Shown: positions 39,051 to 48,024 of the stretch, one piece after another
Layout: each line of letters begins with the position of its first letter
Position numbering within the stretch: the stretch's first letter is position 1
DNA from: Christensenellales bacterium
Lineage (GTDB): Bacteria; Bacillota; Clostridia; Christensenellales; MGBC116941
Length of the DNA stretch: 64,000 nucleotides
Direction of reading: 5' to 3'
NCBI GenBank assembly: GCA_050945795.1
Contig: JBMNTP010000001.1
Span: 166,879 to 230,878 of the forward strand
Notes under the pieces: model-generated
Database searches by the model: none
Told to the model about the DNA's origin: nothing
What the model saw: the letters and a program-made list of their open reading frames with translations, nothing else
Made by a program: the position numbers and the translations under genes

Positions 39051-39848
39051 TTACTGCTTTGGAGTCGCTACGATAAAGCACATTTCGTTCAATTCCGCTT
39101 CATCAAAGAAATTATAAAAAGTAAAGTTGTAGATAAAGCGTTCGGCGCCGTATACACCATAGCCGTCCTGATTGTGATCGGTGGTATCATAAGGATCGGC
39201 CACTATAATCACATCGTCTTGGGGGGTTTTGGTACCCATGGTATCATAACCTATGATAACCTGCCAGTGTCCGCCCCAGTCGTTCCAACCTATCATTATG
39301 GGCTTGCCCTCAGCTAGCGTCTCTTTTATGTAATCAAGCGTAAACACATCATAGACGTTGTCAACGCAGTCAAAGGTGGTGTAAAGATCAAAGCCACCGG
39401 CGCCCTCGAAGATTTCTATTGCCTGCCTAAGGCTGGTCGCCCCCGGCTCTACGCCGTTGCTACGGTATTTTGCAAGGCTTTCTTCGTTGTAATCGTCCAG
39501 CGCGTCATACCAGTCTAGCACCATAAGGACGCTGGATACTCCACAGCTCCACTCGCTAGTCTGCTGCTGAGTTTTAAATTTTGTGAGAATTGTAAGGGTG
39601 TCTGTGCTCTCCATGTTGTAAAAATCAAGAGTGCTAAAGTAAGGACTGTCTTTATGGTCGCCATCACGCTCAACGCTATCCGCGCCATATTCGGCGTCCA
39701 AATCCACAGTATAGGGGATTTTCATCTCATCTGAGTAGTTGCCGCTAGGACGAGCATCTTTTGCGGCGTCAGACTCCTGCACCACGGCTGATTTGCAGCC
39801 AGGCAGGGCAAGGCAAAGAAATAAAAACAATACAATTAATTTTTTCAT
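39051..39848 (-). CDS. papain-like (peptidase C39-like) lipoprotein
   Basis: From the ATG at 39848: MKKLIVLFLFLCLALPGC lipobox. Putative catalytic Cys in EWSCGVSSVLMVLDWY and His in GGHWQVIIGYD, as in the Peptidase_C39_2 family. Confidence 0.7.
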   Translation of the reverse strand: MKKLIVLFLFLCLALPGCKSAVVQESDAAKDARPSGNYSDEMKIPYTVDLDAEYGADSVERDGDHKDSPYFSTLDFYNMESTDTLTILTKFKTQQQTSEWSCGVSSVLMVLDWYDALDDYNEESLAKYRSNGVEPGATSLRQAIEIFEGAGGFDLYTTFDCVDNVYDVFTLDYIKETLAEGKPIMIGWNDWGGHWQVIIGYDTMGTKTPQDDVIIVADPYDTTDHNQDGYGVYGAERFIYNFTFYNFFDEAELNEMCFIVATPKQ

Positions 39849-40601
39849 GCTAATTTCCTTTACAAAAAAATTTAATTGTACCTGTATAAGGCAACGCTTA
39901 ACGCTGCCCAAACAAACCCGCCTTAATTGTATTATTTATTAGATTGGGGAAGACCCCCGCATTTTATTTATCCAATTTCCGGTCGTTTACCTGCGTTTTA
40001 TATAGTAATTTGTCCGTATTTGCAGGAACGGTCTACTTTTAATACGCTCATGTTGTTTTATACAAGTACTCGTGGGTCACCGCCCACTGAACCCACAGGA
40101 CAATGCCTGCGCTATAAAATTTCGAGCCCGCTTTTGGACTCCGACATGAGGTGCGCTATCCGCGCTTGGCCATCGACCCAAACCTCCCGCTTTGCCAGAA
40201 ATCATTATAGCAAAATACTATCAAAAAACAATAGATATGAGAATAATTTATTTAATTATTTTATGGTAAAATATTACTTGGTCTTTCCGATAGAGAAACG
40301 CTTATATATCTATGTTTTAGGCAGCCACAAAGTCGCCGTTCTTTGGCAAGTTCGCTGCATTTAGGGCATCTTTAAAATGACAATAAAAGGGCGGCTGGTG
40401 TATAATTTTCTGCAAACTTAGAGCACTATCTTTCCTAATGGATAGAAAGGAGTATAATACAGATAAAAGGATTTCATGTTGTCAGCAGATGATATATATT
40501 ATTTCGCCAAAACTCACATGAGAGATGTGTAACTGACATTAGGCTTATAGCGAATAGTCCGCTGTATGTTCGCTTTGGAATTAAGAGGGAGATGAACTCT
40601 A

Positions 40602-41231
40602 GTGCCAATTGATTATAAAAAGACCGAGAAAGGCTTGTACCAACCAAAGACAACCCCCTCCATAATTGATGTGCCGGAAATGGTTTTCATAGCTATCGAT
40701 GGCAAAGGTGACCCCAACACAAGCGAGGAATACGCCGCCGCTATCAAAGTACTATATGGTTTGTCGTATGCGATTAAAATGAGCAACAAGTCAACTTTAG
40801 AGTATGTTGTTCCACCTTTAGAGGGCTTTTGGAGCGTTGCCGATAAAACTTTCAAGGGCGGCGGCGCGCCAATAACCGATAAAAGCAAATTTGAATGGAC
40901 TACGCTTATCCGCCAGCCGGAATTTGTAACCGAGGATGTTTTCCGAATAGCCAAAACCGCATTGGCAAAGAAAAAGCCGGATCTTAACACCTCAAAAGCT
41001 CGACTCTCTAAAATAAACGAAGGGTTGTGCGTTCAAGTGATGCATATTGGTTCATATGACAATGAACCGGCAACAATCGCTTTAATGGATAAATATGCTA
41101 TCGAAAACGAATATGTGGTCGATATTGGCAACGGCCGACGGCATCACGAAATTTATCTCTCTGATCCTCGAAAGGTGGCTCCGGAGAAATTGAAAACTAT
41201 AATCAGGCATCCCATCAAAAAGCTTAACTAA
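40602..41231 (+). CDS. GyrI-like small-molecule-binding domain protein
   Basis: GTG start after GAGGGAG. LYQPKTTPSIIDVPEMVFIAIDGKGDPN...VPPLEGFW...HEIYLSDPRK is the typical GyrI-like/SOUL-type duplicated fold signature. Confidence 0.75.
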   Translation: MPIDYKKTEKGLYQPKTTPSIIDVPEMVFIAIDGKGDPNTSEEYAAAIKVLYGLSYAIKMSNKSTLEYVVPPLEGFWSVADKTFKGGGAPITDKSKFEWTTLIRQPEFVTEDVFRIAKTALAKKKPDLNTSKARLSKINEGLCVQVMHIGSYDNEPATIALMDKYAIENEYVVDIGNGRRHHEIYLSDPRKVAPEKLKTIIRHPIKKLN

Positions 41232-41334
41232 AAGAAGCAAATATTACAGATTGCCTTTTTTCCTCGCTATATTTTTAATCTACCCCATGCGCACATTACT
41301 TCTACTATGCAGCAGACTATTTTTTAGTGGCATA

Positions 41335-41363
41335 TTGACAAGTCTTTTATATAATGTTAAAGT
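41335..41363 (+). promoter_or_regulatory. candidate sigma-A promoter of the T-box operon
   Basis: TTGACA (41335-41340), a 17-nt spacer, then TAAAGT (41358-41363), about 25 nt upstream of T-box Stem I. Confidence 0.35.
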
Positions 41364-41384
41364 ACACTTGAAAAAGAATATGCA

Positions 41385-41656
41385 AACCGTTGATGCAGAG
41401 AAAAATCGGTAACGACCGGCAGCCGAAATGGCGAACGGTTCTGATCCTCCCAGAGAGCGGGCGATGGTGTGAATCCCGCAGGTGATGCCGAATAATATGG
41501 ACTGCAGAGGGCGGCGTTAAATGCGCCGACGCTAGACCCGCGTAAGAGGTCAGGGATATGCTGGTATCCTGTAAGAGAGCTTTTTTTGAAGCTAAAACAA
41601 GGTGGCACCGCGGATTATTTCGCCCTTGATTGTTTAATACAATCGAGGGCTTTTTT
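41385..41656 (+). promoter_or_regulatory. T-box leader (tRNA-sensing riboswitch), specifier UGG = Trp
   Basis: The Stem I base CC-GTTGA-TGCAG (41387-41398) pairs with CTGCA-GA-GG (41502-41510), forming the GA/K-turn motif. The AG bay is AGAGAG (41452-41457) and the distal loop is GGTGTGAA (41466-41473). TGG (41498-41500) plus the conserved A (41501) abuts the basal helix. The T-box sequence is AACAAGGTGGCACCGCGG (41596-41613). The terminator is GCCCTTGATTGT/ACAATCGAGGGC (41622-41650) followed by T6. Confidence 0.85.
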
Positions 41657-41680
41657 ATTGGAAAGGGAAAGAATATTATT

Positions 41681-42661
41681 ATGAGTAAAAATAAAGTGTA
41701 TGAAAACAAAGTTGTAATTATAGGCGCCGGGCATGTCGGCTCACACTGCGCTTTAGCGCTCGCCACGCAGGAGCTGTGCAAAGAAATTATCCTTGTGGAT
41801 ATTAACAATGCCAAAGCTTCAGCTCACGCGGAGGACATCGCCGACGCGCTTATATTCCCCTGCCGCCATGTATCTGTGCGCCAGGGCGAGCTTAAAGAAT
41901 GCGCCGACGCCGCCATCGTCATAATAGCGATTGGTCAGCCGTATCGGCAGGGGCAGACCCGCCTTGATTTAATCGATGATTCTATTCGCATGATTCACGA
42001 GCTAATAAACGACCTTCGCGCTGTCGACGTTGGCGGCATCGTTATAACTATCACAAATCCCGCCGACATAGTGGCAGACTATGTGCGCCGGGGGCTCGGT
42101 CTTCCTCGTGAGCGGGTTTTTAGCACCGGCACATTGCTTGATACAGCGCGCCTAGTACGTATTTTATCTAATAAGAGCGGTGTTAGCCCTTCCTCTATAC
42201 AGGCTTATGTAATGGGCGAACACGGCGCTTCCGCTATGATTCCCTTTTCGCTGGCGCGTATAGGAGCTCTTGATTATAAAGCATATGGCATAGATAAAAA
42301 GTACGTGCTTGAGCTTACCCGCTCTATAGGCATGGAGATTATAGGCGGAAAGCTAAGTACGGAATTCGGTATAGGTCAGGTCAGCGCTATGCTGTGCCGC
42401 TGTATACTGCGCGATGAAAAGCAGATACTGCCGCTTTCGGTGCTGCTTGATGGAGAATACGGCCAGCATGATCTACATGCCGGAGTGCCCTGTCGAGTCG
42501 GGCGCGGCGGTGTGGAATCCATAATCGAACTGCCGCTTACAACCGAAGAACAAGCCATGTTCGATAACTCTTGTGATGTGATACGCCGCTACCAACATCG
42601 CGCCTTCGAGATAGCGCCTCTTGATCGTCGATGGCGAAGCGATAAATCAGATAAGCGGTAA
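41681..42661 (+). CDS. L-2-hydroxyacid dehydrogenase of the LDH/MDH family (substrate uncertain)
   Basis: ATG at 41681. Rossmann motif VVIIGAGHVGS; substrate loop GQPYRQGQTRLDL; ITNPADI; GTLLDTAR (Arg171 equivalent); GEHGAS (catalytic His). The ORF-track start at 41630 lies inside the T-box terminator. Confidence 0.85.
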   Translation: MSKNKVYENKVVIIGAGHVGSHCALALATQELCKEIILVDINNAKASAHAEDIADALIFPCRHVSVRQGELKECADAAIVIIAIGQPYRQGQTRLDLIDDSIRMIHELINDLRAVDVGGIVITITNPADIVADYVRRGLGLPRERVFSTGTLLDTARLVRILSNKSGVSPSSIQAYVMGEHGASAMIPFSLARIGALDYKAYGIDKKYVLELTRSIGMEIIGGKLSTEFGIGQVSAMLCRCILRDEKQILPLSVLLDGEYGQHDLHAGVPCRVGRGGVESIIELPLTTEEQAMFDNSCDVIRRYQHRAFEIAPLDRRWRSDKSDKR

Positions 42662-42700
42662 ATAATATTTGAATTTTTATATATTGAAAGAGGTATTTCT

Positions 42701-43684
42701 ATGAAAACCAAGAATATAGTCGTATTCCTGCTCATCTTTATTATGAGCTTTACAATTTTAACCGGCTGCGCATCAAACGGCGAACAAAAGATGCGGGTAG
42801 CAATAGTGCAGCCCATGAGCCACACCTCGCTTGACCAAATCCGCGACACTATAGTAGCGGAACTTGGCGACGAGTATGACATTACGCTGCTAAATACCAA
42901 CGGCGATAACTCGGCATTGGCAACGGTTTTTCAAAACGTCAAAAGCCAAAACATTGACATCGTAATCCCCATAGCCACTTCCGCCGCGCAGAGCGCCAAA
43001 ACTGTTTTTGAGGGCAGCAATACGCCCATAGTATTTTCCGCCGTTTCCGATCCTGTTTCCGCCGGGCTTACCGGCGACGATGCGAAAAACATCACCGGCA
43101 TCTCAAACAATATACCGGCTGATGAAATCGTTAAATTGATTTCGAATTTCCAGCCCGACTATAGCAAAATCGGCTTTCTCTACACTTCAAGCGAAGTAAA
43201 TTCCGTTTCTACCATAAACGCCGCTAAAGCATACTGCGATGAGAACGGCATCGCTTATGAGGAAGCCTCCATCGCCGAGTTGCGCGACCTGCCCACCGCC
43301 GTCAACACCCTCATTTCAAAAGGCGTTGACGCGCTGTACACCGGCAACGACAACGCCATCGCCTCGGCTATGCTCGTTTATACCGATCTCGCTTATGGCA
43401 AGAAAATACCGGTATACTGCGGTGCCGATTCTATGGTTTCGGATGGCGGCTTTGCTACTATCGGCATAGATTATGTTGAGCTGGGCAAACAGACGGCTGA
43501 ACTCGTTAAAAAAATCGCCGGCGGCGAAAAGCCCTTCGATCTGCCCTATACGGTTTTGACAGAATACGTCCGCTTTGTAAACCTGCAGGCCGCCAATCGC
43601 CTAGGTCTTTCGCTAAGCGAAAGTATGCTTGAAGAGTATGAAATCCTGGTTGAAAAAGACGGCACAAGTCACTTTGGGAAATGA
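42701..43684 (+). CDS. ABC transporter substrate-binding lipoprotein (ABC_sub_bind / COG2984 family)
   Basis: Lipobox LTGCAS. RVAIVQPMSHTSLDQIRDTIVAEL...IVIPIATSAAQSA...PIVFSAVSDPVSAGL is typical of the COG2984 family. Confidence 0.85.
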   Translation: MKTKNIVVFLLIFIMSFTILTGCASNGEQKMRVAIVQPMSHTSLDQIRDTIVAELGDEYDITLLNTNGDNSALATVFQNVKSQNIDIVIPIATSAAQSAKTVFEGSNTPIVFSAVSDPVSAGLTGDDAKNITGISNNIPADEIVKLISNFQPDYSKIGFLYTSSEVNSVSTINAAKAYCDENGIAYEEASIAELRDLPTAVNTLISKGVDALYTGNDNAIASAMLVYTDLAYGKKIPVYCGADSMVSDGGFATIGIDYVELGKQTAELVKKIAGGEKPFDLPYTVLTEYVRFVNLQAANRLGLSLSESMLEEYEILVEKDGTSHFGK

Positions 43685-43693
43685 GGCAAAAGC

Positions 43694-44641
43694 ATGGATT
43701 ATATTGGAATGCTGCTTTCGGCAGTAGGGCAGGGTCTGCTATACGCGCCTATGGCAATGGGCGTTTATATAGCTTTTAGGATATTAAAAACGCCCGACCT
43801 TACAGTTGACGGCAGTTTTGTGTTCGGCATGACGGTATGCGCCGTTATAACTGTAGCCGGGCATCCCCTTTTGGCTATACCGGCCGGCGTAGTGGCCGGA
43901 GCAATTGCCGGATGGATAACCGGCGTACTTCAAACAACGCTCTGCATTAACGCCATACTCTCCGGCATACTCACCATGACAGGGCTGTATACCATAAACT
44001 ACGCCATATTAGGCGGCCAGTCTAATCTGTATTTACAGCATATGGTAACAGGCCAAGGCGGCACTCAAACGCCGGAAGCCAGCGTTACGATTTATCGGCT
44101 GTTTGCTTCGGCATTAGACCTCGGCGCGTACAGCGAGCCTATACTTACAGCGCTTATTACGGCGGCTGTGGCGGCGGTGTTGATAGTGTTTTTCAAGACA
44201 CACCCCGGCATGGCTATTAGAGCCACAGGCGATAATGAGGAGATGGTGCGCTCCTCCTCTATAAACGCCGGACAGGCGCGCCGCACCGGTATTATGATGG
44301 CTAACGCGCTTGTCGGCCTTTCAGGCGCTCTGCTATGCCAGCAGCAGCGTTACGCCGACCTATCGAGCGGCAGCGGAACGCTGGTTGTAGGGTTGGCGTC
44401 GGTAATTATAGGGCTCGTGCTATTTGGCCGCCGCAGCGTAACGGCGGGTGTTCTTTCGGCTATCGTGGGTTCTTTGCTGTATCGCGCCATTCTCCAGGCC
44501 GCTTATCTTATAGATATGCCGAGCTACATGGTCAAGCTGCTTTCGGCGATTATAGTGGTGTTCGCCCTTACGCTGCCTCTTATCAAAAAAAAGGCGCAGG
44601 CGGCAAACACACGCCAAAAAGCACGAAAGGAGGCGGAGTAA
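43694..44641 (+). CDS. ABC transporter permease (COG4120 family)
   Basis: 315 aa with about 8-9 TM helices. The N-terminus GQGLLYAPMAMGVYIAFRILKTPDLTVDGSF is typical of this family. It is contiguous with the binding protein and the ATPase. Confidence 0.85.
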   Translation: MDYIGMLLSAVGQGLLYAPMAMGVYIAFRILKTPDLTVDGSFVFGMTVCAVITVAGHPLLAIPAGVVAGAIAGWITGVLQTTLCINAILSGILTMTGLYTINYAILGGQSNLYLQHMVTGQGGTQTPEASVTIYRLFASALDLGAYSEPILTALITAAVAAVLIVFFKTHPGMAIRATGDNEEMVRSSSINAGQARRTGIMMANALVGLSGALLCQQQRYADLSSGSGTLVVGLASVIIGLVLFGRRSVTAGVLSAIVGSLLYRAILQAAYLIDMPSYMVKLLSAIIVVFALTLPLIKKKAQAANTRQKARKEAE

Positions 44642-45448
44642 ATGGCGTCATATCTGGATTTCCAAAGCCTTAATAAGCGCTTTGAGCCCGGCACCATAAA
44701 CGAAAAGATAGCGCTTGATAATTTTACATTAAAAGCCCCTAAAGGCGATTTTATAACCATTCTTGGCTCAAACGGCGCCGGCAAATCGACGCTCTTTAAC
44801 GCTATCCTAGGAAAATTCCCTCTCGATAGCGGTAAAATACTTGTCGATGGCGAGGATATTACATATCAAAAGGATTATAGGCGGGCGCTCAATATTGGCT
44901 GCCTGTTTCAAGATCCGTTGCGCGGCACAGCTCCAAATATGACCATAGAGGAAAATCTGGCGCTGGCTTATACGCGCAAATCCTCACGATCGCTTTTCGC
45001 GGTCAATCGCAAGAATACAGCGGTGTTCCGCGAATGGCTGTCAACACTCCATATGGGGCTTGAAGACCGCATGAAAAGCAAGATGGGCACGCTCTCAGGC
45101 GGCCAGAGGCAAGCCGCCGCGCTGTTGATGGCGACAATTGCCCGCCCCAAATTGCTGCTGCTTGACGAGCACACCGCCGCGCTTGATCCGGCGGCGTCTG
45201 AAAAAGTACTGCGCATCACAAAAGATATTGTCGCAGAGCACGGGCTTACAACGCTTATGATAACGCATGATATGAATTACGCGCTTGAATGCGGCAACAG
45301 GACTATTGTTATGGATGCCGGCCGCCTTATATTGGACATACAAGGCGACGAGCGCCGCAACATGACCCCACTAAAACTCACCGATATGTTTATAAACGCC
45401 ACAAAGAGCATTCTGACCGACCGCAGTATGCTAACAAGCCGCCAATAA
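44642..45448 (+). CDS. ABC transporter ATP-binding protein (COG1101 family)
   Basis: Walker A GSNGAGKST, signature LSGGQRQ, Walker B LLLLDEHTAALD. The start abuts the permease stop. Confidence 0.9.
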   Translation: MASYLDFQSLNKRFEPGTINEKIALDNFTLKAPKGDFITILGSNGAGKSTLFNAILGKFPLDSGKILVDGEDITYQKDYRRALNIGCLFQDPLRGTAPNMTIEENLALAYTRKSSRSLFAVNRKNTAVFREWLSTLHMGLEDRMKSKMGTLSGGQRQAAALLMATIARPKLLLLDEHTAALDPAASEKVLRITKDIVAEHGLTTLMITHDMNYALECGNRTIVMDAGRLILDIQGDERRNMTPLKLTDMFINATKSILTDRSMLTSRQ

Positions 45449-45467
45449 CAAAAGCATATACCCAAAA

Positions 45468-45500
45468 GCCCGAAAAGCATTTTATCTTTCGGGCTTTTTT
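45468..45500 (+). terminator. terminator of the T-box operon
   Basis: GCCCGAAAAG-CATTTTAT-CTTTCGGGC followed by TTTTTT, 20 nt after the ATPase stop. Confidence 0.8.
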
Positions 45501-45855
45501 GCTTTACTCATTATACCTCCACGCGCGCGCCGCATTGGCTGCGCCCTTCCCGCCCGCCGTTTATTGGCTGCTTAGCCCCGCCATTTCAAACAGATGTATC
45601 CATATCCCATACATTATGCACGCATCGCATTGATATTATCGCAGTGCAGCCTTGGGGTTTATATACAAAACTATCTTATATCTTGTCCATATCAGCCCTA
45701 AATTTCCATGATGATTGACATTCAGGCTAAAATTGTTTAAGCTTTGAAACAAGTTCTATAAATCACCAGGCTTATAAAATCATATTTATATATACAATCG
45801 CGTGACAAATCCGATTTTAGGCGTGTGCTTTGGGTAAGCTTTAAGGAGTATACTT

Positions 45856-46542
45856 ATGAATAAAAAGAAATTTTCATCTGAGCTGGCTCTCGTTTTGGGT
45901 CTGCTGTTAAATAGTTTGGCGGTGGCTTTTATGGCGCAAAGCGATTTTGGTGTCTCCTCGCTGACGAGTTTCCCTCTGGCGCTGAGCTATTTGCTGCCGC
46001 GGCTTAGCTTTGGAATGTGGAGCTTTCTATGGCAAGTTCTCGCCATAGCGATGCTTATAATCATGACAAGAAGCTTTCGCTGGGGATATCTTATCTCCTT
46101 TTTTATCGGCAGTATATTCGGCTATTTGCTGGACCTCTTTACTCCGCTTTTATCCCATCTGCCGCAGATGCTGCCCTTGCGCATATTATATTATGTAATC
46201 GGTATGCTGATTTTATCGATAGGCATCAGCCTGCTTTTGCGCTGTCGCCTGCCAATTTTGCCATTCGAGACATTTATACGTGGGGTATCGTCACATTTTA
46301 ACTGGCCTGTTAAATGGATTAAAACAATCTATGACTGCACCAGCGTATTGCTAGCGCTCCTCACATCGCTCCTTTTTGGGCGATTGGTCGGTGTAGGCAT
46401 CGGCACCATCGCCAGCGCGCTTATGCAAGGAACTCTAATACAGCGCAATTTCCGCTTTCTTGATAGCCGCTTTACTTTTGAGGCTACCGTGCCTCAGATT
46501 GGACGCTTTATTGAGATGGAAGAGCGAGAAAAAAGCGCATAG
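45856..46542 (+). CDS. YczE/YitT-like integral membrane protein
   Basis: 228 aa with 5-6 TM helices. The N-terminus ALVLGLLLNSLAVAFMAQSDFGVSSLTSFPLAL resembles the YczE (DUF6198) family. AAGGAG RBS. Confidence 0.6.
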   Translation: MNKKKFSSELALVLGLLLNSLAVAFMAQSDFGVSSLTSFPLALSYLLPRLSFGMWSFLWQVLAIAMLIIMTRSFRWGYLISFFIGSIFGYLLDLFTPLLSHLPQMLPLRILYYVIGMLILSIGISLLLRCRLPILPFETFIRGVSSHFNWPVKWIKTIYDCTSVLLALLTSLLFGRLVGVGIGTIASALMQGTLIQRNFRFLDSRFTFEATVPQIGRFIEMEEREKSA

Positions 46543-46764
46543 CCCAGTATCGGCTTATAAAGAGGTAGGCTTGTTTTTGAGCGCACATTTCGTATCTACC
46601 TACATTTAGTTAACAAAAAACAGCATATAAAAGGCGCTCGTATTTTAAGAGCGCGCTTTTTACTGTTATGCAAAATCCCTATATATGCAAAATCATATTA
46701 TTATTTATATCATGTCGTTCAATAATTCTCTTTAACGCTGATTAATGCTAGTTCCACAGCCTTA

Positions 46765-47553
46765 TCAAAGTATCGTTACATTGTGCGCCGCCGCCTTATC
46801 TCTAAGCGACGCCGGCAATTCTAAAGGATCTACTTCGGTAATAAGATAATCATAATCGCCTATATCGGCAAAAGTATACGCATACACCCTGCCTATTTTT
46901 GAAGTGTCAAAAAGCATGGCAGACTGCTTAGCCTTTTGCGTTACTAGCGTCTTTATCTGATGCTCGGTTTCGTTGCCGCATGTACAGCCGTAATCGTTGG
47001 CGTATCCGGTGCTTACTACAAACGCAAACTCAATATTAATCGCCGCCAGCATTTCCATAGTAGTTGCGCCCGATAAAGCGAGATTGGTTTTATTGAGTAT
47101 GCCGCCGCACAACGTTATTGTTAAGAGCGGATTTTTAGAAAGCTCAAGCGCCGTATTAGGGCCATTTGTAATAATGTTGCAGTTAACATTCGGAGCTACT
47201 TTCGCCAACTCAATCGCCGTTGTTCCGGCGTCGATGAATACGCTTTTTTTATTATCCAGCAGAGAAAGCGCCTTTTGCGCTATAGTCCGCTTGGCCTCTT
47301 TGTTAACCCCTTCTCTTGCCGAAAAGACGGCTACTGTTTTTTGCATTAATATAGACTTTTGCTCATCAGCCGCGTTTATTCGCCTCGCGCCGCCGCGCAC
47401 CTTTACCAGCAGCCCTTTTTCCTGAAGATAAGATAAATCCCTGTGAATAGTCATAGTGCTTACGTCGGGAAACAATTCGGAAAGCTGATCTATAGTCACA
47501 AGGTCTTTAGACTTTACAAAATCGTATATTTTTTCTCTGCGGATGCTGTTCAT
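46765..47553 (-). CDS. DeoR/GlpR family transcriptional regulator
   Basis: From the ATG at 47553: MNSIRREKIYDFVKSKDLVTIDQLSELFPDVSTMTIHRDLSYLQEKGLLVKVRGGA (DeoR HTH), then a DeoR-C sugar-phosphate-binding domain (IFIDAGTT...). The longer TTG-initiated ORF adds 15 aa. Confidence 0.8.
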   Translation of the reverse strand: MNSIRREKIYDFVKSKDLVTIDQLSELFPDVSTMTIHRDLSYLQEKGLLVKVRGGARRINAADEQKSILMQKTVAVFSAREGVNKEAKRTIAQKALSLLDNKKSVFIDAGTTAIELAKVAPNVNCNIITNGPNTALELSKNPLLTITLCGGILNKTNLALSGATTMEMLAAINIEFAFVVSTGYANDYGCTCGNETEHQIKTLVTQKAKQSAMLFDTSKIGRVYAYTFADIGDYDYLITEVDPLELPASLRDKAAAHNVTIL

Positions 47554-47817
47554 ATGTGAAATATCCTTTGCAACCGATTCATAATTCATGGATCGCAATT
47601 TAGATTTATGTATTGAATTATAACATTTTAAAACAAATCCGTCAATATTTCTCCAATCTCGCTCCTCATTAAATCAGTGCCCCGCGCCCATCACGCCACA
47701 CCCTTAACTGTTGGGCACTCTTAATACCCGCATACTTGTCTTTCATTATAATATCCTCCGCTAACACGCCGCTTGTTATCAAGCGTATAAATCATGCTTT
47801 AATTCGTTTATATATGA

Positions 47818-47846
47818 TTGACACAGCGTTATTGTTGCATTATAAT
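47818..47846 (+). promoter_or_regulatory. consensus sigma-A promoter for gap
   Basis: TTGACA (47818-47823), a 17-nt spacer, then TATAAT (47841-47846). This leaves a 5' UTR of about 170 nt before the gap ATG. Confidence 0.5.
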
Positions 47847-48024
47847 GTTATAAACTGCATTGTTTCTCACATTATATAACATCAAGGCATAGCATTGTAA
47901 TCCAAATATAACTCGCGGGCTTAACGCCAAAGTATGTATTTCGCAATTATTGATAAACTTAGCCGGTTAAAACCGGAAATATTGTTTGCATATAATATCA
48001 CCAATGTAAGAAAGGATATTTAAA

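Noticed and set aside
40060-40200. Possible riboswitch on the minus strand (partial resemblance of GGGTCGATGGCCAAGCG to the ZTP/pfl GGGTCGTGACTGGCG core). Cobalamin, c-di-AMP and ykkC motifs were also considered.
   Set aside because: The second conserved half of each motif is absent (for example CCGCCTGGGC for ZTP and the B12 box for cobalamin). No downstream gene lies in the matching orientation.
38621-41300. Intact integrative element or prophage at tRNA-Leu(CAA).
   Set aside because: The window has no integrase, recombinase or phage genes, and I found no second distal copy of the tRNA 3' end. Only the adjacent 116-nt duplication exists, which is reported as a possible scar instead.
41347-41814. 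155-aa and 83-aa minus-strand ORFs, and the upstream extension of the LDH-like ORF to 41630.
   Set aside because: They overlap the T-box leader, its terminator and the 5' end of the LDH-like gene. The region is better explained as structured RNA, and the ATG at 41681 follows the terminator.
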